Part shown: positions 27,201-40,861 of the stretch, piece by piece
Numbering within the stretch: position 1 is the first letter of the stretch
How the letters are laid out: each line of letters begins with the position of its first letter
Source of the DNA: Octopus vulgaris
Lineage: Eukaryota
DNA: 64,000 nt
NCBI GenBank assembly: GCA_951406725.2
Contig: OX597836.1
Coordinates: 28,520,001 to 28,584,000 of the forward strand
Direction of reading: 5' to 3'
Translations under genes and position numbers: made by a program
The notes under the pieces: generated by a model
Seen by the model: the letters and a program-made list of their open reading frames with translations, nothing else
Database searches by the model: none
Told to the model about the DNA's origin: nothing

Positions 27201-30200
27201 CAGACCATGGTGTGGAAATACAGACCATGGTGTGGAAATACAGATCATGGTGTGGAAATACAGATCATGGTGTGGAAATACAGATCATGGTGTGGAAATA
27301 CAGACCATGGTGTGGAAATATAGATCATGGTGAGGAAATTCAGATCATGGTGTGGTCACAGTTTGAAAATACAGAATGTGCTGTGGAAAGAGAGATTATG
27401 ATGTGGAAATACAGATCATGGCATGGAAATACAGATCATGGTGTGGAAATGCAGATCATGGTGTGGAAATGCAGATCATGGTGTGGTCATAGTTTGAAAA
27501 TACAGACTGTAGTTTAGAAAAAGAGATCATGGTATAGGAATAGGTTTCTTGTAGAAATAAAGATCAAAATATGAATAAAGTCATTATGATCATCATCATT
27601 TAACGTCCATTTTCCATTCTGGCATAAATTGAACAATTTGTTAGGATCTGGTGAGCCACAGGGCTCCATTGTGCTGCAGAGTCAGCTTTGGCATGGATTC
27701 TATGGCTGGATGTCCTTCCTAATGTCATCCACGTTACAGCATCCACTGTGTGCTTTTCTTTTTGCCTCTGGCACTAGTGAGGATGCCAAGTAACTTGCAG
27801 AACAGAAAATGAACAGGAAAAAAGGGTAGAAAAGAAGTGAAAAACCCTCTCAAGAAAGTAGAGGAGAATTTGAAAGGAAGGAGAGGTGGTTTTACGCCAG
27901 AGACAAGCTGAGGTAGAGGTGTCTTGCTATAGAGAAGGTGTGGAAATGCAGACCAAGGTGCAATGTAATAACTTTTGGTGTGGAAATAAAGTTGAAAATT
28001 CTTGAGTATGAATGTGGAAATAGTATTAGAACTTTTCATTTACATTAACTGAAAAACCAAACTGCTAAGTAAGTGGATCTGTTCTCAAGTTGTTCAAATT
28101 TCTTTCTATCTTTCTTGGCAAATGTGAAAATCAAAGAAGAATGCAATGTTTTCACAACATGGAGTAGAGAAACACAAGTCTGTGACAAACTGTAATTTAG
28201 GGAATGACCAAGAGGTGGTGAACAGAAGGGCAGGCAGGGAAGGATTGGGCACAATTTAGGATCCACATTGAAGGGTTCGTGTTGAATAATACCTTTGAAA
28301 GGATAAATACTTTCTGGTGTTGTTGTTGCTGTAGGCTCAGCAGTTGTTGTTGTTGTTGTTGTTGTAGTAGTTTGATCTGTAAAACGGCAATTGTTCAGAA
28401 AGAGCAATTAATAATGATCAGTGAGAAGGGATGGAAATAAAAACTGGCGAACACATTGGTCAGTGGCACTCCAAATAATGTGTAACTTTGTAAATGAGGT
28501 TCTGTCTGTGGTCGAGTACCAGGCCACAAATCATGTGGTTTTAGGTTGCATGGGAAGGATAAATTTTAAAATTTTATTTCTATTTTATTGACTATCATAG
28601 TCAAAAGGATGTTTTGGCACTATATGTTTATATTATATATTATCATCCTCATCATCGTTTAATGTCCGTTTTCTATGCTAGCATGGGTTGGACGGTTAAA
28701 CTGGGGTCTGGGAAGCCAGAAGGCTGCGCCAGGCCCAGTCTGATCTGGCAGTGTTTCTACAGCTGGATGCCCTTCCTAACACCAACCACTCCATGAGTGT
28801 AGTGGGTGCTTTTTACGTGCCACCTGCACAGGTGCCAGACGAGGCTGGCAAATGGCCACGATCGGATGGTGCTTTTTTATGAATAATTAAATTATATATT
28901 TTACACTTTATTGTGTTTTTTTATGCATGTGAATCCCTGGTCTGTGGAAAAAATATCTTGCACAAAACTGGTCCATGATGCAAAAAAGAATGGTATATTG
29001 TGTGTGGGTTTGACATAGGATGTAGTTGTTGAGCCCCTTCGTAATCCTGATTCAGCTGGACTGTCACCAAAGGTATTCTGGTTATGACTAGCCCTTATTT
29101 TTAGGGTTATGTTGGATTACATTATATAACATGTCTTTCACCAGATTTAGATCAGATTTGGCTGCTATTTCTACCAACATAAGTGGTAAAAAGGGATTTA
29201 AAAATTCAACTTACGACATTTAGCTTCATCAAATCCACCAGGACAGTCATTACTGCCATCACACCACCATTTCTGGGGGATGCATTTACCTCCAGGACAG
29301 GATACTTCACCAACGGAACAATCTGGAAAACAACAAAAGAAAATCAAAAAGTTGTTGGAGATATTTTTTGAGCAACAGGATGAAAGCTTCTTCAGCAATG
29401 GGATCCAAGCACTGCAACATCAATGGAAGAAGTGTGTGGGGTACAAAGGTGGGAACCATGATGAAGAATAAACCTCCATTTGGTGACATTCTATGAAAGA
29501 ATCTTGGTCAGACTATCAACCTTTCAGCTGACCCTCATGTGTGCAGCGTGTGGGTACACAGCCTGGCTCTCTGTCAGTTATGGTGTTGAATTTTCCGATT
29601 GATCTGATTGCTGGAACAGCCTGATCATGAAATCAACTTGCAAGTGGCTGAGTACTCCGCAGACATGCATTCCCTTACTGTGGTTATCAAGGCGATTCAG
29701 TGTGACACTGAATGTAATGAGGCTGGCCCTTTGAAATACAGGCACAACACTCATTTTGCATAATTATTTATACTTTCATATATATATATATATATAAATG
29801 GATGAATGAATTATCCTTTGTTTACCATTAACATGGAAAATTCAATAAACAGTTACCAGGGTAGCAAAATTCATGCAAGTAACAAGGATGTAGTGACCTA
29901 TTCAAAGGTAGAAACTCCGGGTTAATGTGCAGTAATTTGTGTAGTATAAGTAAATAAATGGAGTTGAACACAGATGCTAATCAAATTCTTTTACTTTCGA
30001 CATATGTTTCGAAGACAACATTGGTTTTATTCCAAAAGAATAAATGGTGTAAATGCAATTTTCTCATCAGGAAAGAAAGAGAGCCTATCGCAACAACAAG
30101 ACATTATAACAATTTTGATGACTGCATAAATGATAAACAGAACGTTGAGTATTTTAAAAAACTGTTAGTAGATTCGACGTCAAAGACAGATACTAGAAAG

Positions 30201-32078
30201 AGAAGGGGTAATATATATAAATACACACACACATTATCATCATCATCGTTTAATGTCTGCTTTCCATGCTGGAATGGGTTGGACAGTTTGACTGAGGATT
30301 GGTGAGCCAGATGGTTACACCAGGCTCCAGTCTGATCTGGCAGAGTTTCTACAGCTGGATGCCCTTCCTAACACCAACCACTCCGAGAGTGTAGTGGGTG
30401 CTTTTACATGCCACCGCACGAGGGCCAGTCAGGTGGTACTGGCAACGGCCATGCTTGAATGTTGTTTTCCCATGTCACTTCCACATGTGCCAGTAAGGCG
30501 ACGCTGGTAATGATCATGTTCGAATGGTGCTTTTTACATGCCACCGGCATGGGAGCCAGTCAGCGGCCCTGGCAATGGTCACGCTTGGATGGTGCTCTTA
30601 GCGCTCCACTGGCATGGATGCCAGAATATGTATACATATACACACATATATATACATATACACCCACACATACATACATATATATTCATATACATGCACA
30701 CATAAAAAAACACACATATACATACATACATGTATGTATATACACACATTGCATGTGTGTGTATTATTAACATATTGTATACCAATTTACATTTCATATA
30801 CAATTTAGAAGTATTCAAAATATATTCACTCTAGATTGTCATGGCTGGGATGACATTATGTCATTTCTTTTTTTACAGTGGATTATCAAAAGCGAAAAAC
30901 CACAATAACATCCCCAAACACTACAAAGCCTTAATATCTTTGGCCACAGACCTACTTAATCAAGGTTATCCTCCTCCATACACACACACAATATCTAATA
31001 TTGAAATGGGTCATTTTATTAAACACAAGGTTAAAGAAATTAGCCACTTACTGCACATCTGTTCATCACTGTTGTCGCCGCAGTCATCTTCTCTGTTGCA
31101 CCACTTTACTGCGTCAATGCACAACAGATTGTTGCATTGTCGTTTTGGAAAGTTGCATTCTGTAGAAACAGTAGCAAAGAAAAATATAACAAATTAGCAT
31201 AAGATTCTAATTAATAACACATCTGTTGTATTTAGCTGATATCATCTACTTTGTAGAGTTATCATATGCTAATATCACATGGTTTTATAAACTCATCACA
31301 CACTGATATCATGTGTCCATATGCTGTTACCACACACTGATATTACATATAAGATGCTAATTAGTAACACATCTACTGTTAGATAGCTGATATCATCTGC
31401 CTTTGTACAGTTATCATATGCTAATATCACATGGTTTATACACCCATCATACTTTGATATCACATGTCCATATACTGTTACCACAGAAAGGTATCACATG
31501 ACTTTCTACAATTATCACATATTGGTATCACATGACTTTATAAAGTTATCACACACTAATATCTCCTGTTTTTATAAAGTTATCACATGCTAATATCTCC
31601 TCACTTTATATGGCTATTTCATGCTGATATCTCCTATTTTTACAAGTTATCATACATTAATATCAAATAATTTTATGTAGTTATCACACAATGATATCAC
31701 CTGACATTATTATTGCATACCAGTATGGATTCATGTGATTTTGAAAAATATTTTGTCTATCAAGATGATGACAGTGATGACAGAAATGATGAAGATGATG
31801 ATGATGGTGTTAATGATGATGAAGATGATAACATCAATATATGGAATTTCTGTCCATCCAGCTGGATGTGATGAGACAGAGAGAACATCAAAAGAATTAT
31901 TCCAAAATATTCCTTACCACAAAACTTTTCATCACTGTGGTCATCACAATCAAACTGACCATTACAGAAACTGTCTGGTGCCACACATTGTCCAGAACTA
32001 CACAGACGTCCAGTGCATTTTTCAGCTGAAGTGAGAACAACGGAGAACTGTACATATCTGTATGTGAGTATGTATGCA

Positions 32079-32113
<35 letters not shown>

Positions 32114-32601
32114 ATATGTAAGTATGTATGTATGTATGTGTATTTCTTTTTTGGAACAGTGGATCTCGAAGCAGATAAAGTAAGCTTTAGAGTTAAAACA
32201 CCTTTTCTGTCTAGAGGGTTTTTAACCCAATATTTACAGGCTAATATTTGTAGCATTTTTTTTATCTGCTTCAAGATCCAGTGTTCCAAAAAGGAATTAT
32301 TTCACATTCTCTTGATCATAAATTCATATGATGTCAACAGTATATACAGGGTTGGCCAAAATTCACCCGTCAATAAATCAAAAATTCCATAAATACTTAA
32401 AATTCAATTTCATTTATTATATACATAATTGTGAATGTTTAACAATTGAATGCTGTGAGTTAAAAATCAGTTTTTTCCCCCACCATTTGTCTATTTATTA
32501 GCAAAGTCTCATAAAATAATTTTTTGTTTTAATCTTGGAATTGATTAGGTTTTGATTTACTGTCAGGTGACTTTTGGCCAACCCTGTATGTGTGTGTGTA
32601 A

Positions 32602-32655
<54 letters not shown>

Positions 32656-35600
32656 GTATATGCATGTTTGACTGTGTGCATGTGTGTATATTTGTATGTA
32701 TGCATGTGTGTGTGAATGTATATATATGTGTGTGTGTGTGTATATGTATATATATGTGTGTTTGTGTGTGTGTATATATATATAATTGCGTGTATGCATG
32801 TGTTTGATTATGTGTGTGTGTGTGTGTGCTTGTGTGTGTGTAGAAGTTTGAAGGCTGACAGTAATGGCGGAAGAGTAAATCTTTACCTGAGCAATGGGCC
32901 TCGTCTGAGTTGTCCCTGCAGTCCTTATAGCCATTACACCTGCGAGATTGCATCACACACTGACCACTGTGACACCTGAACTGGTTTGGAGAACAACCTG
33001 ACGATGGTGATGGTGGTGGTGGTGGTAGAGGAGAGAGACAGTAAGATGGTCATTGATTAGAATCTGTTCATTAATAATCAATATTTACAATACTCAGTAT
33101 TATTCAATAACCACCCCCAGTACTCAATATACTCAGTAAAGCAATGCACAATACTCAGAATGCTTAAAATTCGGATCTTTTCGGTTTGAACGTCAGTTTT
33201 TTCTAGCAGTGTCATATGAAATTGTCACCCATAATTATGACCCTAGTATTGATCTATTGCATTTCAATCTGTTTTAGGGTTAGGGGTGGGGGGAAGGGTG
33301 TCTTTTTTTCTTCAGAAATGTAAATAAAACCAATCTGCTTCTTAAACAAGGGACATATTCATACAGTACAGAATGATTTTTAACTCAATAGACGTCACTG
33401 ATTGGTTGAAATTGCAGAAATTGAAGGAAAAAAAACCCCAAATATCTTACAAACTATAGAATTTTCTCAATAAAGCCAAGAGAAAAAGATGTTTTATAAA
33501 CACATTCTACCAGTATACGAAGTTTAAAATTTGTTAGTTACCTAGAAATTATGTTAAAAACTGCTGTTCAATCAGAAAAGATCCTAAAATTCTCCTCACA
33601 CAATTCACCCTACACAGCAGCCATTGTACTCAGCAATACTCACCAGACTTATACTCAGAGTATTTAATACAAACCCTGTTCAATACTCTTCATTCTCCAC
33701 AATAAACTGTCAACACTCTTGATAAGCTGTATCTAAGATGCACAACATTCCTTATCGACAAATGTGGAATCTCCCATTGTTGATGGCAGGTGAAGGTTCT
33801 GCCAAGTCATTGCAGAACAACCTACACAGATGGTTTGTTTATAGCGATTAACCCATTAGTAATTAAACCAGTCATATCCAGTCCAAATATTCAACCTGTT
33901 TTATAGTGAAACTGGACAGATCTGGCCTCTCACACCTATTTGACAATGTCATTCTTAAAATAAACAATCACATCAGAAAAATCTCAAAGCTATGAGATAG
34001 TACATGATTAATTCAAAACAATGTGAAGACAATCATTACATTTGACAAAATAAACTGAATGCTAAAGAGTTAATTGCCCAATAATTCTCTACTATTCTAC
34101 AATGTCATTCTGAAAATAAACAGTCAGTTTATTTTCAGAATGACATATATATTTTCTGATGTTTTCATAAAAGACCCTGATACATAGGTTAAGAACTGTT
34201 GTGAATACTTACTGCAATTTTCTGGTTCATCATCTGCCATGGGGCAAGCAGGTTCCCCATCGCAGAGATTGACTGGATGAAGACAGATACTGCTGTTTTG
34301 GCATTGGTAGAAACCATTTTTACATACTGTCAATGGAATAAAATTGAAAGATGAACGAAATACAGCATGGAGATGACAAAACAACAGAATAAATGTAATA
34401 TGTATTGTTGTTGTTGTTGTTTAATCCTAATTCTGTAGGATTAAAATCAAATGTGTTCTAGCTGTGGATATTTTGTCTTATTTGAACATAGTACATCAAG
34501 GACTATGTTTTTCAATGTGCCCTATTTTTTTATCAAAACAATCAGCTCACAATACCATTTCTCCAAAGATTTCGTGACGAAGGGTTCCTATCCCCGAAAT
34601 ATTAAAATACAAGGCAAAAATACAAGCCATCAACTTGTATTATTTCTTATAACTTGCATTGTTTTGGTTCAAAAAATTATTAAAACTATTTATCTATATC
34701 AGACAATGCCTCTTGCAAACTGTATTATTCTAGTGAAGAGCTATTTAAGGGAGATTTGGCTGTTGTTGAAATTAGGCCAAGTAACTGTTTTGAGGTTTTT
34801 CTGTTCCTTTGTATCTTTATTTAGTTTCATATCAATCCTCATCCTGAATATTTATGGTCAAAGATGTTCCTTTCATGATCATCTAGTGTTTTATGCAGAT
34901 GTAGCTTATCTAGGACATTATTTAATGTGTCCAGGTTCAGTCCCACTGCGTGGCACCTTGGGCAAGTGTCTTCTACTATAGCCTCGGGCCGACCAAAGCC
35001 TTGTGAGTGGATTTGGTGGAAGGAAACTGAAAGAAGCCTGTCGTATATATGTATATATATATGTGTGTATGTATGTGTGTGTGTTTGTGTTCGTCCCCCT
35101 AGCATTGCTTGACAACCGATGCTGGTGTGTTTACGTCCCCGTCACTTAGCGGTTCGGCAAAAGAGACCGATAGAATAAGTACTAGGCTTACAAAAAAGAA
35201 TAAGTCCCGGGGTTGATTTGTTCGACTAAAGGCGGTGCTCCAGCATGGCCGCAGTCAAATGACTGAAACAAGTAAAAGAGTAAAAGAGCATATATATATA
35301 TGCATGTGTGTGTATATGTTTGTGTGTCTGTGTTTGTCCCCCCCAACATCGCTTGACAACCAATGCTGGTGTGTTTACGTCCCCATAACTTAACGGTTCA
35401 GCAAAAGAGACCGATAGAATAAGTACTAGGCTTACAAAGAATAAGTCCTATGGTCAATTTGCTCGACTAAAGGCGGTGCTCCAGCATGGCCACAGTCAAG
35501 TAACTGAAACAAGTAAAAGAGTAAGACCATCAGAAGCCATCATATTGAAGTTTTATTTGATGTTTTAGCATCAACCAAAGCCTCATGAAATGGTTAAGTA

Positions 35601-36512
35601 CCACAGACATAAATTTCTCGATGGTTCAAGATGATGACAATGATGATGATGTGATCAGCTTGGCTAGTCTGGTGACACATACAGAGCCATCACTAGGTGT
35701 TTGACTGAAAATATATAAGAAGCTATTCTTAGTCTAGAGGGAGGTGTTCGTTGTAAGATGGCTGTCTTTACAGTAGTAGTAGTAGTGGTAGAATTCATAT
35801 CAGGAATGATTGTAGTTGTGTAGGTGGTAATGGTAATGATGATGGTAGAGTAGACAAGTGTAGATTGTACATACTATATTTAAGAGATGAGGAATTATGT
35901 ACATTATTTACAGCCTTCATCAGATGTCTTGGGGAAATTTCAAACTTCGGTTCTCATTTCTAAGGTAACAACAAACAAGATGAGGACAAATGTCCGTCAA
36001 ATGTAAATAATGTAAATAAAGTGTAGATTGTATTACCTGGTTTGCTGGTTCCAGGAGAGTGACTGTTGGTGCTCACTGCAAATAAATATGTTTATATATA
36101 TGTGTTTATGTGTGTATACATACACCTTGTGTGTGTGTGTGTATATATATATAAATTAAATTAGAGATAAAACCATTAGGCAAATCAAACAGTGATAGAC
36201 ATAAACCAAAACATAAAAAACAAAAAGTAAATATAATTAATATAATATACAAAATATATATAAAATATAAAATTTTAAATTTAAATTATTAAAATTTGAA
36301 ATTTTGAAATTTATATTATTATAAATTTGTTCATTCCTTTTATATGTAGTTATATAACTGTGTAGTTATATATATATGTATATATTATTATATATATATA
36401 TATATATATAACTACACACACACAAAAAATATGCAAGTATGTATATGCATATAGCAGTTGTTACATATACACATCCAAATTGTCAAGAAGCAAGGTTCTC
36501 ACACACACACAC

Positions 36513-36546
<34 letters not shown>

Positions 36547-36927
36547 GTAGGCAATAAAAACTTTCTCTAAAGCTGGAGTCACTCACCTTTCTCTGTTGCA
36601 GAACGGTTCATTCCAGTGAAACACCAGTTGGACTCGTCAATCAACCAGTCACAGCTGTCCATTAGGATGAAGCCCTGACCACAACGGTCTTTCACTTCTG
36701 AAAGAAGGAAAGGAAAAAGGAAAGAACAAAAGACAGACAAGAAGGGAAGAAAAGAAAACTTTACTTCAGCAATTGGGGACAAAAGCAACATCAGAAACAA
36801 TAACAGCAGCAAATACAATAAGAACAATATTTGAATATTTGGTCCTTACATGTTGAAGTGTCATGTTACTAGTAGATATATATGGTGAAGCAACTTGTTG
36901 CTTAACCCTTAATTATATGTATATATT

Positions 36928-36958
<31 letters not shown>

Positions 36959-37987
36959 CATCCTTTTGTCTCTGGAGACAATGGAGATGTGCATAAAATA
37001 ATCCAGTCTGGTTTTTACATTTCCTGTCCTTTACATCTCCTGCTGTGGCTGTGTGGTCCTATCCTGGACAAACACTCCCTCTGGCAGGTGAGGCAGATGT
37101 AGCGAAGACTTTGCCTGGCTGGTTGTAATGTCATAGTTTCTTGTTGCTGTCTTTTCTTATTTCTTTATTACCCACAAGGGGCTAAACATAGTGGGTACAA
37201 ATAAGGACAGACAAAGGGATTAAGTCACAACATCATAAGCGGAAAGTGTAACCTCTCAAAAGAGCTGTTCTTCACTCCTGCTCCAGAGTGTCGGCTGCAG
37301 GGTCACTCCGAAAAGCTCTATCTGCGACGATTTCATCTCAATCAAAGGAGAGGGGCTTTCTCCATCCGGGTTGCGGATCCGTGGAATAAGCTGCCGGACA
37401 AGATAGTGAAGATGCCGACGACTGCTCGGTTCAAAGTCTCTCTTGACCAGAAATGGCCTGAACTCTTTGCATGAACACCCTCCCTGTACATAACTCCATG
37501 TCCCCCTACATGGCCTTGCTTTTTGCTTTTTGAGCCAAAAAATTAACTTAACTTAAGTCAATTATATTGACCCCAGTGCGTAACTGGTACTTAATTTATC
37601 AACCCCGAAAGGATGAAAGGCAAAGTCAACCTCGGTGGAATTTGAACTCAGAACATAATGGCCGACAAAATACTGCTAAGCATTTCACCCGTCGTGCTAA
37701 TGTTTCTGCCAGCTCACCGCCTTGTTGTTACCTTTCCATTTTTCCTCTCTCCCTCTGTCACTCCTTTGTATTCCCTCTTCTTTGGTGTGTAGCCATCTCC
37801 ACAGTTGCTGGCAACTGCTTCCTAGTTGCTAATATTGATGTCGCAGACCTTCATGTCCCTTTTGCAGATATCCTTGTACTGTAAGAACAGGCTTCAAACA
37901 GACCTGGTGCACCTACCAAGATTTCCGTAGAGTATGTCCTTCTGGATTCTGCCATCTTTCATATGACTAACATGTCCAAGCCATCTC

Positions 37988-38034
<47 letters not shown>

Positions 38035-38193
38035 CAGAGAGAGGGGGAGAGAGAGAATTTCAATCCAGAAATATGGTTTTTCATTGGAATTTAGATGATA
38101 CCAAATTAGATAGTCGTGTGTGTGTGTGTATATATATGTATGTGTATTTATATATGTATATGTATGCATGTAATATATGTATATGTGTATGTA

Positions 38194-38228
<35 letters not shown>

Positions 38229-39905
38229 TTGTATGTGTGTATGTATGTAGGTGTTGGTGTGTATGTATGTGTGTTTATGTATTTTTGGGTCAATTATGCA
38301 TATACATACAGGTATATGTGTATATGTATTTGAGATATGTCTGTGTTTGTGTGTGTGTGTGTGCGAGTGTGTATGCGTTTGATTGTGTGTGTATGTGTGT
38401 GTGCATGTGAAAGAGTACATTTGTGTTTGTTTGTATGTGTGTGCATGTGTGTGTTGTGTGTATGCGTGTCTGTGTGTGCATGTGTGCAATCAGAAAACAC
38501 CTGCAGAGTTATGTGAAAGAGAAAAGAAACCGTAGAGCTTCACTTACCATCACAGATGTGTTTACAGGTGTATTTCGAGACACCATAATCACAAAATGGG
38601 AAGATGGTGCCACAGAGCAAGGTCAACGCAAGAGGTGTACAACTGTGCTGCAGGATAGGCATGGCGCTTTGGTAGAACCGATTTCTTGCTTCCTGGAAGG
38701 TCTCGTCTCCAAAAACGTTTGGCAGGTAGGTGAGAGTGTAGCCCAGTCCCTGGCATTCTTTGATGGTCAGAGGAATGCAGCTGTCTGGTAGTAGTGGGAG
38801 GAGAGAATGAAGAGTATTAGAATGGTAATAACAGTGCCATTGTGGTGGTGGCGGTGAGAGGAGGAGAGAATGAACAGGACTAGAATGGTGGTAGTGGTGA
38901 TGGAAGAGGTAGTAATGGTAGAAAGGGTGAAAGAATGGTATTAAGAAGGAAGTAGTGGTAGTAGTAAGAGGAGAGAAAGAGCAATATTACAATGTAAGTG
39001 GCAATGTTGTTGTTGTGGTGGTGGTGGAGGTGACATGAGGTATGGTAATAGTGGGTGTGCATCTTTTATCTTTTACTTGTTTCTGTGATTGGATTGTGGC
39101 CATGCTGGGGCACCACTAAGAAGGGTTTCTAGTTGAACAAATTGACCTCCAGTCTATATTTTACAATTTTTTTTAAAACCTGGTACTTATTTTAACAGTA
39201 TTCTTTGTTTGAACTGCTAAGTTATGGGGATGTAAACAAACCAACACTGGTTGTTGAGTGGTGGTAAGAGACAAACACAAATAAAAAGACATACACAAAT
39301 AGATAGATAGATACATATATATATATATATATATATGAATACCTACACATACATACATTAGATTGTTCTACTTGTTGATTCATTCACAGACTTCCATATA
39401 GAACATGGACTAAAATCTTAAGAAAATATGAAATTACAATAATTTTAATGTCATGATTAGCGAAAGTGAAACCGGTTGACAAACACAACACTCTTTCACT
39501 TATAAAATATATTGAAAGTATATTAAAACTATGTTAACTATGTGCAATTTCCTTCTTTTATTACAAGCACAAGTCTGGGCAAGGTTGTTTATGGAAGACC
39601 AGCAGTCACCCATGCATACCAGCCTCCCCTCTCCATGCCACCAGTGTTATCCAAGTGAAAGGCAAAGGCTGATACAGCTTGGCACCTGTGACATCACAAC
39701 TCATTTCTACAGCTGAGTGAACTGGAGCAACATGAAATAAAGTGTCTTGCTCAAGAAAACAACATGTAGCCCGGTCCTGGAATCAACCTCACAATCGTAA
39801 ACTCAATGCTCTAACCACTGAACCATGCACCTTCATATATATATATATATATATATGCCAGCATGGAAGGCAGACATTGAACAAAGAATGATGATGATGA
39901 TGATG

Positions 39906-39948
<43 letters not shown>

Positions 39949-40824
39949 TATTGGTGTGTGTGGGGGGATGTGTGCCCATAAACTTATATTAAAATAAAGT
40001 GTAGTTTATTAATGTATATTGGTTTCAAATTTTGGTGCAAGCAATTTTGGAGAAGGGGCTAAGTCAGTTAAATTGACCCCAGAGTATTTATTTTATTGAC
40101 CCCAAAAGGATGAAAGGCTAAGCTACTTTGGTGGGATTTGAACTCAGAACATAAAGACAGACAAAATATTGTTAAGCATTTTGCCCAACATGCTAACAAT
40201 TCTACCAGCTCACCCTCTTAACTGTTTTATATATTGGTTTAGTCAATTACGTTGACCCCAGAGCCCTACTAGAACTTATGTTATTGATCCCGAAAGAGAT
40301 CAAAGGTAAAATTGACCATGGCAGAATTTGAACTCAGAACGTAAAGACAAATGAATGCTACCTGGTGTGCTAACAGTTCTGCCAGCTTGCTGCCTTGGTT
40401 TATCACTATATTTAAAAACAGGAAGTTCGGATCATAAAAGCAGGAACTGCTGAGGCAATTGGTATCAGAAGGGTTGAGTTTCACTCAGAGCCAAGACTTG
40501 GCCTACATGTTTAAAACTAAATGAACTCTGCTAAAGGCTTCCAAAGGACAAGATTAAGTCTACCAAATCTATTCTATTGATCTTATGCTGTTGGTTCCAG
40601 CCTCCTCACATCTTCTGCTAATTCCTTCCCCTCCACCACTCCTGGAACAGAATACAAGAATTATAACATCTCACCTGATGGTGTTTCTTCACTTGCTGGA
40701 ACTGCAACAAGAAGATCAAATATTTATTAGACACAATTACAGGTAATTGGGGCTGTATGTGTGTTTGTTTGCAATTGATTAAGTTTTTTTGAAAGAGTAT
40801 CAATAATAATTATTTAATCTCTCC

Positions 40825-40861
<37 letters not shown>

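Noticed and set aside
25900-27500. CRISPR-like appearance of the 20-bp arrays (and the 15- and 24-bp arrays)
   Set aside because: Units are contiguous with no unique spacers, no cas genes, and the context is eukaryotic introns
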